A DNA stretch of 64,000 nucleotides from assembly GCA_964187785.1 (NCBI GenBank), contig OZ076418.1:31744001-31808000 (forward strand). The letters run 5' to 3'. The first letter of the stretch is position 1, and each line of letters opens with the position of its first letter. Positions 22,088 through 35,100 of this stretch are shown piece by piece. The stretch is from Amphiscolops sp. MND2022 (lineage: Eukaryota). The position numbers and the translations under genes are program-made. Under the pieces are notes generated by a model. That model was not told the DNA's origin. It was given only the letters and a program-made list of their open reading frames with translations, and did no database searches.

Positions 22088-24700
22088 ATGGTGTGGCTAC
22101 CAAGTGCCATACGTCGCCTGAAGTCATTCTTTGTGAAGGGCGACGATAGCTCCTTACCGATGACAGAGTCTACTGCTTCTGCAGATGACATCAGCTCGGC
22201 TCAGCGAGAATGGTCTTTTAACACCGAGAACTTAAACATTGGGCAATGGTCGTCAATCGAATCCTCAGTAGATGGTTCACGCCTTCCAGGAGAAATGTCT
22301 GACGAAGTGATTACTGAACAGCAACGTAAGAAGGAGTTGGGTGCAATGGCTCCCAACAAAGAGGGTTCCTTGGTATCCGAAGGGTCCCGACGCACTGCCC
22401 AATGGGTCGACCAGTTGGGGAGTGGGCGGTTTCCAACACATCCTGGGGAGGATGGATGGCCAAATTCAAATGTAGTTGGCGCGTCGGACGGCGAGGGGTG
22501 CTCTCGCGCACCCGCTGAGGATGTCAATCGAGCCGAGGGCGGCTGCACCGCCAGCCGGGATACGGCAGACTAGCTGCGAGACATAACTTTTTTTGGGGGG
22601 GGGTATTGATGAGCTACGCTAGACACAAGCTGGAAAGGGTTACTCGACCCTGTGTGTAGCATGGCAAGCATAAGAAAGGCCGACCCCCCATGCTGAACGT
22701 TACTGGTGAAGTACCCCGCGCCCGAAGTGAGGCCGGTTCCGTCGCCTCATCACGACGATCATCAGCATTCCAGGCAGTGGCAGAAGCCGCCAACGCAAGG
22801 ACCGCCATACTGGCAGTAGAGGCGGAGGCACAGAGAGTCCAAGCTCAGCTGGCCAGCACGCGTGCTGAGTGCAACGAACAACACCAGGCAATAACTGCCG
22901 AATTCGAAGCTGTGCACAAGTCAGTACGAGAGGAGTTACAAGTCAGTGACCAACTGCGTACTGCCCAGAATGTCCAAACTGTCAGGGTGGACGCCATGGG
23001 CCACCGTTTGGGAGAATTGAATGACTGGCTACTTCAGCGAGAACTGCGTATGGAAACCCAGTTTTATGACTTGAGCAACCAAATGAATGCGATGCCGAAC
23101 GCTACGGATGTCCTGCGCAGTCTCCAAGCTGAGCAATTGCAAGCGCCTACAGTAGGTGTGAAGGCGGGGCCTGTGAATGCAGTACCTGCACCTGCGAGTT
23201 CAGCACCTGCGAGTTCCCTGAAACCTAGCACCTACAAGCTCGTGGTGGGAGAAACCACCGTGGTGAACCCGATTTTGCTGCCGATTAATGGTCCAGTACT
23301 GCCTGAGTCTGATGTGGAGCGTAAGCCTGCACAAGTGCAGGTGAAAGGACGTCATGACCCAAGTTCCGCACTGTTATCCACCAAAACTACCCTGATGACC
23401 AATACTCATGATCAAGGGGTGGATCTCATAACGTTGCATTCCACTGAGATCGATTTGTTCATTAACAAATCTATCCTAGGATGTCAGACCGATCATGCTG
23501 TGTTTTGTGTCAGCGCAGATTATGTTGTACGGACCCAGTTCACTGTATTTCACTGCAGATGATGGTGCGCCCTCGGGCAACCCCTGTGGAAGCAGCACTC
23601 GGAAAAAGGAATAAATAGTTGCTGATGTATCCATACAAGCTACCAAGGGTAGCGACGATGCCTCCGTGATGGAAGAAGCGAAGGAAGACTCTGTGGTTAT
23701 CTCCCTCGAGCAACTTAGGTTCACGGCTGCCATATCGAAGGCATCCTTGCTAGCTGGAAGGGACTTAGCACAGACCCGGCCTAGTGTCTATCGAGGGTCT
23801 CGTGAGGGTTCCATTGATGGATGGATCTAAGTAAGGGGACGCGATCTGAGAAGAACTCATTCTAAGACCTCCTTGGATGACCATGCATGGAGCATAATTT
23901 GACACTCTGAAGCCCAGGCTGGCAACTACATCATCAATAAGGCCGAGTCTGAACGTGATACTCCAGAAAAGTTGTTCGAGCTGCTATCCAGTCGCTTCTG
24001 GAAACCGTATGCAAGGACGCCAGGCGTGTCAAAGTCGAGCTCAGCTCGAAAAGGAAGATTGGATGCAATATTTAGATGCTTTGGAGGGTCTCCGTAGTCA
24101 AGGGTTCCCTCAGTAGTCCACAACCACTAAGCATTATGAAATCCTGCAGCGAATTATGGAGGGCGTGCGCGTTCCCGTACTGCGGCGAGAACTGCTCGTT
24201 GTGTATGGCTCCGAACCCTTCTTGACCGACCCACCAAAGGTGGAGTCATTGTGCTTCACTACACGTCAGTTACAGCGCAACCGTCCTAAAACTGCATAAC
24301 AACCGTATGACTCGCGTTTAGCCCTGAGGTCTAGACCTCATCCCTTCGTTCCTTTGCAACCGAACAAAATGGTAAAGCCGCAAGGTGTGTTGCCACCCTC
24401 TGCGCCACTGTCTACGACACCTGCAGTCCCTGCCGCTGAGGCTCCCGCCGTTAGAGCACCAGTGGGAGCTTGCTTCAATTTTGGGCAGAGTGGGTATTCT
24501 GCCCGTGAGTGCCCTAATCGAGATTCAGCTCGCAAGCCCCTGGCAAAACAACCAGTTTGGGATGATGCAACAAGGGCAACAGTAGAGAACCTCCCTGAAT
24601 GTACAGCTGAGTGCTGACTAGGAGCACAGTTTTGTGTGAACTGTTTCTTGACAGACCACGTGGCCTCACAATGCACGGAAAACCCAGTCCGTGACGACTT
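22088..24700 (+). pseudogene. gag: Degraded gag of element 2
   Basis: Fragments 22088-22573 and 22690-23562; SVYRGSREGSIDGWI near 23785 matches element 1 capsid motif; knuckles CFNFGQSGYSAREC and CVNCFLTDHVASQC; many stops and frameshifts. Confidence 0.8.
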
Positions 24701-27700
24701 TGTCTTCAGTCGGTGGGCTGAAACGGACGCTGCCGGTGTTGTCACACAACTACTCCTGCAGAAGATGATCGCGTTTTAGTTCTACATCCTGCAGAGGAAA
24801 CCATGATGTGTCTTCCACGAACAGTGACGTGTGAAGAGAAACATGTACATACCAGTTTAGAGCCGACAACATTCGATCCTTTTGGACGAACTCTGATTTC
24901 AGTACGTTTAGTGCTAGCATCGGTACGCAAGCAACGCCATGATTTGACCCTACGGGAGTTAAGGTTGGTGTTGGCCGCCAATCCAGCCTACAAGCAGATT
25001 GAGGTGGGACGGCCGGATGAGTGGTACGTAGAGGGAGTGTCTAGGACGTTGTCGTCTTACGCTCCCGTTTCTGTCAGTGCCTCACTCGACGGCGTTGATA
25101 TGAAACTTGATGCATGTGTGGTGATGGACAAGTTCCCTCCTGGATCTGCTTGGAACCTCAGGAACTACGATGCTACAACATAAACCGACAAGAGCCGACT
25201 GGAGTAGCCCGTATTGATGAGCGTGCGTCGCTCGTCGTGTCTTTTCTGGTACCCGACAACGCACCCATATCTTTGAGAGGCTTTATCGAAACTGGCTCCG
25301 GTGTATCTATCCTGAAATTTTCGGTGTTCAACTGAATTGCGGTGCAGACAGGCGCCATGTTACGCCCTTACCGCATCGATTTGTATGCTACAAATGGGAA
25401 GACCATCAAGACATTCGGTGTGGTACAGCGTGTGCGCTTCCAATTGGCTGGTTATGAGTTGGAAACTAACTAACTTTGAAGTTGTGAACGATGCAATGGG
25501 AGAAAAGACTTTTTGTTGTGTCGAAACTTTCCGCGGACCTACAAGATCCTGGTCAACTTGACGGCCATGAGGATAATGGCGCGAGCGCCTGTGAAGCCCG
25601 TATGGCACCGCGCCCATACTCAGTTTAGCGATTCTGACTCTGCCGTTCCGATAGCTTTAGCTCAGGAAGTGGTACTACAGCCAATTTAACGAATGGTAGC
25701 TCGAGCTGCCGTGGTACCTGATGACACACCGTCATCAGACCGGTGGTAAATGATGTCTTATACGTTAGGTCTAACGAAACTGAGGTTATTTTTTCGCCTG
25801 AATTTGAGTTTCTGTCTTCTACTGACACAAGTAAGAAAGGTTTGTCGTAGCGTGAAATTCGTAAGCGCACTTATCTGGAGTTAATGGCTCCAATTCCTGG
25901 ACCTAATTCCCAACTTCAGTTAGTTAAGGACTTCAAAAAATCATTGGCCATTATACTCAATGAATGTGATGATTTGTTCATGAAACATAAAGCGAACATT
26001 GGCCGAAGTATTAATGTCAAGCATCCGGTCGAGGTAGAGCATATGCTGTACCACATCGTTACGGTGCACGGAGAATGTCTCCCGACAAGGCTGAACGCGC
26101 TAATCAAGAGGTGCGTAGCCACTTGGCCTTGGGGATGATACAACCCTCTTTGCCTCCTGGGCCAGCGGTATCGTGATGGTTAAGAAAAAGAACGGGGAGT
26201 TGCGCCTTTGTTGCAACTTCCGCCCACTAAATGAAGTAACCACCAAAGATGCCTATCCCTTGCCCCGCATCGAAGAAAGCCTGACAGACTAGGCAAGGCT
26301 AAGATCTACACTAGCCTTGACATTGCCCGGGCGTTCTGGCAAATTCCTGTCAGGAAAGCTGACAGGCACAAAACTGCTTTTGCTTGTGAACTAGTTCTTT
26401 TCGACTGTAGACGATGGTCATCGGAATGTGTAAACCTTCAGCTACTTTTCAACGAGCAAGAGCCCGAGCGCTACGGAAATGTGTGAATCGTGAGGGCAGT
26501 ATGGTAATGGCTTCATTGCCACAGAAACCGTGGAGGATCAAATGGTCAGCTTGCGGGATGTGTTTGAATGCCTCCGCGAAGCCGGCTTCAAAAAGATCTT
26601 AGCCAAAAGTAATTTCATGAATTGAGAGTTTAAATACTTGGGCCGCGTAGTCTCTGCGGAAGGGGTGAAGCCCGATCACAAGGCAGTTGGACATTCTCCG
26701 CAACAAAACGGAATTGCAAAATTACTGGGCTTTGCCAACTACTATCGTGAGTTTATCCCGTGGCATGCTAAGATGGTTGCACCCTTGCACGCCGTCACTA
26801 GACTCAATGCAACCTTTGCATGGGCTCCTGACCAACAATAAGCATTCAATGATATAAAGATGGTCTTGATCGAAGCAATTGCGTTAGCGCAGCCTGACTC
26901 CGAAGGCGAATTGGTGTTGGATACTGATGCCAGTGCGGTAACAATTTCCGGAATTCTGCATCAGTGGCAAGGGCCTCTAGAGCAATGCCGCTTTTGAGTC
27001 CCAATGTATATCGCGGTAAAAAACTGACGGTCACCAAAGCCAAGTACGGGGCACCAAATTTGGAATTGTACGGTGGCTACTACTTCATTGTGAAAAACCA
27101 CAGTAACCTCTGTTCTCGAAAGTTCACCTTGCGTGTCGACAATCAGGCACTTTCGTGGCTGAAGACGTATTCCACCGACCAAGCGGTGATAGGCCGATGT
27201 ATAGTGACACTCAAAAAGTATTACGTTCAGGTGGAGCATCGCCCGAGGACTCTGCATTGCAACGCCGATGGTCTAAGTAAACGCATTAACGACTATCGGT
27301 ATCGGGAACACTGGCTGGAACAGCTACCGCCTGTAGCTGAACGTTGGAACGTTCTCTCACAAGACGAATTCGACAAACTACCAACTGCACCTTGGTTTGA
27401 TGTGCAGGGGAGAGTGATACCAAATCACCTAGACTTACCGGCCCGTCTTCGCAATATGGCGCCTGTAGCTCCTAGCCCTGTTTTTCGTATAAATCGCCGA
27501 ACTCAGCGCCTAAAACAACAAGAAATGCAAAAGGAGGCACTCCGGGAACCATCGCCACTGTTGCCCCTGCCCGAGCTGCACGCTCATGAAGACTTTTATC
27601 CGAACTATCCAGCAGACAGGATCGATGTGACGGAGGAAGCGAGCCAAGATTACCTTTTGCCGACTCATGTTGCAAACGTCCCCTCGCGGACTGTTTACTC

Positions 27701-30700
27701 GCTGGCTGACACGAGCAATAGAGCAATGCAAAGTGCTCCATCTGGAGTGCGCGACACCATTATTGCCCTTTGGGACCTAGACATAGAACTTCATGAGCAT
27801 GCCAATACCGTGCATGGTATCAAGGACCTAGTATTGGCGCAAAACCTTGACGTCCATGTACTTGCGATCAAAAAGTTGGTCTTGAAGGAGACCATTGATT
27901 TTGACATTTTCCCGGAAGATGTACGCGAGTTTGCAAGTAACTACTTCAAACAAAAGAAGGAGCTTCTCTTCAGAAACAAGAACGGAATTCTTTGCATGCA
28001 GTACCCACCCACACAACGTCCGCTGCACGAACGTCCGTGCATGATTGTGATGCCGCAGTTATACCAACTTAAATTCTCTTTCGCGCTCATGATACCCTGT
28101 GACATCAAGGTATTTCTGAGGTGGTCGCACGGATCCAAGAACGTCATACCTGGTCTGGCATTCGCCGCAGCGTGCGCAAATATGTGAATCAATGCCTCAC
28201 GTGCCAGCAAGTCTGTGACAAACCGGGTGACGTCCGGTTTCACCTGAAAAACACCCAAAGTGGCTATTTCAATGAGTTGGTCCAATACGATCACCTGAAA
28301 AAATGTCCCTCTGACGATGGTAACACTGGCATTTTGATGATCATTGACCATTTTTCCAAGTTTGCTGAGGCTGTGCCTTGTAGTCGTGAGGACTACGATG
28401 CAATAATAACCTCAGAGTTACTTCTTCAAAAATGGTTTGCCCGACTTGGAACGCCTACACGTATGCAATCCGACAATGCTCCTATTCTCACTGCGGAGGT
28501 ACTAAATGAGTTTCTAAGAGCATCTCATCGTACACTCTTGACTTTGTTGCGTGTTTTCTGTTCTCGTCCCTGATTGGGATCAACAGCTTGACGAAGTCAT
28601 GGAAGCTTACAACTCCACAAGGAATGCAACCACTGGCTTTTCGCCATACATGCTCACAAAGGGTACCGAGAAGGCGATTTCCTCACGTTTTTATATCCTG
28701 AGTTCTCCACACAGTCTTTTGAGTCACATGAAGCGTATGTGGATCAAGTACTGGCTCGCCAACAAGAGATTCATGACCTGGTACGCCGTAACACGCACCA
28801 AGCCCAGCTCCGTCAGAAGCTGAAGTACGATCGTAATATCCGCATGCGCGCATATCAGATCGGCGACTTGGTGTGGGTCTTTTGCCGCTACGTGCCACAA
28901 AAAGGCTCGCCCAAGCTGATGCGTGCATGCCGCGGTCCGCACAGAGTAGTTCATGTACTTCAAGGAGGAAGTGTCTATGTCCTTGATACCAGAGAGAAGG
29001 TTCACTTTGAACGACTCAAACTGCACCAAAGCGGACCAATGGAATTGGTCGCTGCGCCTGTCGATTGCGGTGACATCGTCGTCCTGATGGATCCGGAACC
29101 GGAACGCTCTGCCGAACTTATTGACAATGACAAATCCCAACATTTGTACAAAACTGAACAATTACTTTCAGAGGTGTCGGATGTATCAATGCCCTCACGC
29201 AGGCGTCATTGGACGGACACACGCCTGCGAATCAAGATCCACGCAGGCGAATCGCGGATGTATTACCAGCAATTCGATTAATCCACCTCTGGCACTGATC
29301 ACGAAATGTCCGATGCTATGTTGCCCGTGCCACCTATCTACCTGATGCACACCACCCGGGGCTTAAAGCTCCCGTACCTCTGTCCGATGCATCCATATCC
29401 CCAAGTTGTCACCTGCCTTGGCTGTTTTCTAACTACGAGCATGTGCGCTCTCCGCAACCCCAATTGACTGATTCAGAGAAGGAACCCTCTTTGCTTCGAT
29501 CTTCATTACCGTCATTGATTAATCCTTCATTGACCAATTTCTTGAGTAATTATCCAATATAGCCCTCTGGTTCACAGCTACCTGGTGCACCAGACTCGAC
29601 TGTTGCCGTTGACCCACAGATGTCTGGTCCTGGCAGCACGGTCGCGCTCTCTGGAGCGTGGACCGTTCCTTCTTTCAACAGGGGTAGGGAGAGGCCACCC
29701 AAACCGCGAAAAAAAGTGCCAGTCCGGCCTGCAGGAACTAGGACAAAAAGAAGTACAACGTTGCAGAAAACGACGGAGCCTCAGGCTCCAACGACATCTG
29801 GAGCTCCCAGATATCATTTATGCAATTCGCTCCAACCGCGTTACAAGTGCGGTACTTGCGGACTGCGAGACTGTGTCTATATTTGTGACAAATACGGGGT
29901 ACATGTAGAGCCTGGTGGGCTCTACAGCCCAGCCCTGCATTGGTGGCTGTTGGTCACCGCCTCACACGTGGAAGCCATGGTGAAACCGTCGCATTTGTTG
30001 TCCTGCTTGGAAAGTCTTAGGACTTTCACCCATGTGGAGCTCATATTGTGTTTTCACAATGCTGACTGGTATCGAGGAAAAGTAAATTTTACCTGATGGT
30101 TGGTGTTGATCATTACATGCTTTACCAATTACCCAAGAATTAGCTTGTTGGTTGAGTGGACACACACGTTTGAGAATCCACTCCCGGCAAAGGCAACCAT
30201 AGGCACATTGGATGTCTGGGCAAAATTGGACAGTGAGAATAGAGCATTGCCGCGCTCGGTGTGGCAGGATTTAACTGCCGTACAGGGGCGTAGCCATCAG
30301 GTGTGTTTGCCATCTGATAACAGGCCCGGCAGAGAAATAGTGCAACCAGGTGTCTTGCGTCCCAACTTGGTCGATTACATCACGTACGACATGACTGGCA
30401 TTTTGCATGCGAAAGGCGACATAGCGTTGGCATTTCCCGCTGATTTAGACATCAATTCCGCCGCCCTGAGCTATGTCCTGTGCGAGTGTGGGAAAGAACG
30501 TGTGTTCTCGCTCCGGCCTCAAGAGAGCAAGATCCTGACACTTCCTCTATAGATGACAAAAAATGCTTCTCAGACTGTCCACTTGTTAGTGGCCCGAGCG
30601 AATCAGCGTGCACCGCTGATAGCCGATGATTATTTTCGTTGCATGGCCCAATCGATGCGGCGTCTAAACGAAAGTGGGTCTACTCCGATTCACCTACCTA

Positions 30701-30837
30701 TCTTAGATTCTGAAAGACCCATGTACTCCTCGATAAACTTGTACCGAGTGGTAATGGATTTTTTTGCGGATACAAACATTCGCATAATAATACATAACTG
30801 CGTGTATGTGTTCATACTCGGCATAGAGGCGGGCTGA
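24700..30837 (+). pseudogene. pol: Degraded pol of element 2
   Basis: Protease IETGS; RT with YIDD removed by a small deletion near 26513; RNase H LDTDAS; integrase fragments 28121-29281 lacking the VERQN segment (deletion near 28520); YKCGTCG motif and macrodomain-like tail 29880-30837. Confidence 0.88.
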
Positions 30838-31118
30838 CGTCATGAGTATTCTGGTTATGGGTAATTTTGTTGATGGAGTACCTTAAGTCCTCCTACGTAA
30901 TTGAATCTGTTATCGTTGCAACTATTTTTGTTCCTTATTGTTAGCTTAGTGTTAGTTTGAAATACTCGCATGTAAGTTAGCTGAGCCCCCTTAGGGAGCT
31001 CGTTTCTTTTTGCTTAAGTGGCAGTGAGCCCTATGCTCCGGCCGTAACGTGTAAAGTGATCACTAAATTATTTGACTCTTTGATTGATGCACTTATATTT
31101 TAGACCTATGACAACAGT

Positions 31119-34100
31119 ATGGCGTTTTGTCCGAATGCCTCTTCGACACTCTCAGTGCCTACCAGCACTCCTAGAACCCAGGAAGCTGCTCGAGCGCAGC
31201 GGGTCAGCCAAGTGCAATGTTTAGAGGAACGATTGAGAAACGGAATCCCGACTGTCACCGTTGCAGGAATAGCTGCAATGCTGGCGCAGTTAGAGACGCG
31301 GCAAGTGCTGCCAAATGTCGGTGTCTTTGGTCGTCGAGGTAGCGGGTTTCCAGCGTACCATGACCTATCGAAATGGTACCTGGGATGGTACAATCTCACT
31401 CACCCGTTTTTGGATGACCGATCCACAGCCATCTACGGACCCAGTCAGAACACTGTATTTGAGCAAGAAGCATCCTTGAGGATGCTACAAGCTGCCTCGG
31501 GGACACCACAACTATCCCAGCCTCCGCAGCTAAGTGCTTTTTAACATCAAGTGCCCAGGCCGGTCGCGAAAACACCAGGGTATTCGGGTTCTCCTGCCTT
31601 TGGAGCACCCCGAGTGCCAACCTTGGCATCACAAACCTCTCAGAGTGGAACACAGACTGCTCGGGAGCCTTCGGGCTCCCGCTTACCTCCTTTGTCCATC
31701 CTAGATTTGACTCTCAGAGATTCCGGAGAAGAAGCAGTATTCGTGGCTTTGCAGGCTGTAGCCAATGACCCTGATCCTACTGATTTGTGCGAGCCGTTAA
31801 ACTGCGACTACCAGGGATTGCTGGCCTGTAGCAGGCTCCTGCGCAGTCCCCGAGGTCGCGCCACCTATCGAATCGGCACCTATGGAAGCTAGCGAATCGC
31901 AGTCACACTCTGTTGCAGGCCCAAGCTCTACTCCAGTTGAGGAACCAGGACGCAAAAGGTCGTCACAAGAGGTGACCAGTTCGGCCACCACTGCAGCCAG
32001 ACAAACAACGTCAGGAGCCCAACATGAGGAGCGTAGTGATTGCTGTGACACCAAGAACTGAACAACGAAGCTCCTCATCAGCACAAGTATCCATGAATGA
32101 GCCAATGCAAACCATTGAGTCAGAGGTTGGCAATATCTCCAGCTCTGTGCCCTCGGGCACTCCTTCGCCTTCGGCTGCACCAGTGGAAAGACCCGCCGAG
32201 CCGTTGCGACCTGCCTACCTACCACCGTCTGAGGACGTGTCTGGCTCAGTAGTAATGCGAGACTCCAGACACATTTGGGACGCTGCTGATTTCTTCAATG
32301 CGCAGATGGTCTCGATGAGGAAGCGCGCTCCCCCAGCGGTTGAAGATCAGAGGGTGGTGGATCAACACTCATAGTCGCCCATGTCACCCGTCCATTGAGA
32401 GCTCATGATGCTGATATGAGCGAACAGGCCTGGGAAATGCGTTCCCGGGAAAATCTCCATAGGGGGCGGCACAATTGCTTGGTTTTCTTGCTACGAAACT
32501 TGAACGAGCAGTTTCCCCTGCGCTACGTGTTGCGCGAAGGCGAAACGTGAGAGGAAAACACTAGGTTTGCACGAAACGTGAGGTCGCTAAGACCTTTATT
32601 CAAGAGTTTAGTGCAACGCAATCGCTGTTGTGTAGTGGTCGATTCCACGTTCAAAACTGACCTTCATGTGGTCGATCTATTGCCAAAGGTAATGGTTGTC
32701 ACCATGCCACTATCACGGATTCCAGAAATGGCAGGAATGGTTGTAGCAATGTTTGCGCCTCAGCTTATGGGCTCACTAAAGGAGCCGCCACTACAACGTG
32801 TGATATTTGCCAATATGATCGATCACATGGCGTGCGAAGGTCTGCTTGTAGAAGTCAACAGTACGATGCAGGATGTACAACATCCAGAGAGAGCAGCCCA
32901 GCTGCTGACCGTAGTGGCGAACGCCATGGAATTAGCCATGGAGATCCTTCGGGATCAAATAGGAGTGTCAGCACTGTCGTTTCTTCTCCTGGCTTAATGT
33001 TTAATGTGCTGGGAGAGGAATTTTCAGAGGTTCGTATACTTGTTATCCGAAGTGTGTAAGAGCAGGCGCATCGACGTTGCCATTTGCGCCCATAACCTGC
33101 GTGTCAACAACAAGGACTTGAGGCCTGCAGCCATGTCATATCATGGGTACCTGGCCGCAACTTCCTGAGTGCTGCAGTCAGTAGAACGCCATGAAAACGC
33201 CCAGAATTACTCCTGACCACTCCGATTTCTTCGATCATGGAATGAGAATGAGTCGACTTATGTTCGACTAGAATGCCCACTGGATTATGCGGGAAGCCAC
33301 TCCTGTCGAAAGAGAAGCAATGCACTGCCACAACTGGCTGATGCCAAATGCAACCGAGGTCCCCATTCGTGGAGACTTGACGGAAATGATCAAGTCGGAA
33401 AATGGCCATCGATGCGAGATGTCGAAAGATCAATTCTTAAATCCGTTTCGCTGCGGATACCGAGTCAATCAAGTTGCCCATTGGATTGAGATATATCATC
33501 GCTCAGGAAACTGTGAACTTGAACGCTCAGACTGAAGCCGGTGTGAAATGACGGTAGGGGAGGTAATAACGTTAGCACTACCCATGGGCCGCAAAATTTA
33601 CAGCTGGTCCTATAGCCATAATGTCGGAAGTGGCCGTGTCGACCTCATCCCATTCTACATATATCTAGTCCTGTCACAAGTACAGCTGCGTAGCCTGGTT
33701 CGCCTAGGGCATGTCTTGAGTGTCCCCAGATATACAGGATTACACGGCGCAGCTTTGGAGGATGTGTACCTCTCTGGAGCATTGGCTGTACTCCAAACTG
33801 GTCTACGCGTCAGGGCTGTTTGTCGGAGTTGATCAAGTGCAACCGCTACACGACCCTACAGACAGCTTCCCTGGGAGACTGCAGGATTCCCCATGCCACA
33901 GCAACTAGCCGACTTGACGTTGGCCGAAGTTGAAGACATGATACAGGTAGTGGCGCCTGTGCTGGCCCCTGTCTTTGGTCCGATCGACCTCGCTCGTTAA
34001 CCCACGAAACCCGTAGCCATGGCTGTACGAGTGCAGACGGCATCGATATATACTTACTTGCAAGGAGCGCATCCCATGAACTATCAGCGTATGCTGGATA

Positions 34101-35100
34101 GCGTGCTGAGCGGAGAGATGCCTCAGGCATACACCACCATCAAAACTAAGAAGCAGTTGGAAGAGAATTTGATGGGTGTCCTGTGGGCCAGAACCCGGAA
34201 AGCCTGTCCCCTGCCGCGGGAGCACAGCCCTGTGAACTGGTATGCTGCTCCAATGAGCATCAATGGCTACCCATTTAGATTACGCTGGAATCAAGAGACT
34301 TTGAGGAAATCAATCCGAGCCAGCTCGCGAGCTGTTCTTCGTGTAGATCCGCATTATGTGTTCGGATTCATTGCCTTCCGAAGTCGCTATTGGAACGATC
34401 CGGTAGGTTGGGCGCGTGCTTGTCCTTTGACTCGCGGTCCCGACTGCCTACAGCACCAGATACAACACTTCGACGTGGCCAGATTGCTGTCGTGGATTGG
34501 CAGTGCTGCCCAGGTGCGCCAAAGATACTTGAGAAGCCGCATTACTCCAACCAAGCGAGACACCTTTGGTTATCGCAAAGTAAAATGACCATGTCCGGCG
34601 ATATGCCCCTGTCGATGCATGCCTCTGTCGATGCATGCCCCTGTCGTGCCGAGTGTGAAGAACAAGCGTTGTAGATATAAATTGCCGGGTTTGCAGCCTG
34701 TAAAAGAGCTTGCGAGATCTAGAGACCTCCCAACTGGGTCTCAAAAAGGATATCCCTGGCTGGGAGGATGAGCGACAGCAGGCGTTCGCGCCTAGTATGA
34801 CCATGTCACTGGATCAGCCCGTGATGGTGGCTGCATTGGCTCCTGCTACGGAACCAGTGACAGATCCCTTAGATCCTCAGGTGCCGGCAGCAGTGCCAAA
34901 ACCAGCGGAGGTACAGGCCGCAGAACTAACACCCAGTGCATAATTGGTACAACCCGTAAAGGACCTCGTGATCGCCGTGTCCGATTAGGAAGATGAAACT
35001 GTGGTTACTTCGCCACGTAGAAGAGCCTCGGCATCGATGAGAAATGCCCTAGATAGTGATTCTGAAACCCAAGAACACAGCAGGCGCAGTTGAACGCAAA
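31119..35100 (+). pseudogene. Degraded ORF3 of element 2
   Basis: VAGIAAMLAQ and YNLTHPFLDD match element 1 VTGIAILIAQ and HDLTHHFDD; VVDSTFK and IFANMIDHMA match FMDSTMK and IYSNMIDHLA; PQAYTTIKTKKQLE matches PMAYTIIKDKKQVE; end coordinate approximate. Confidence 0.78.
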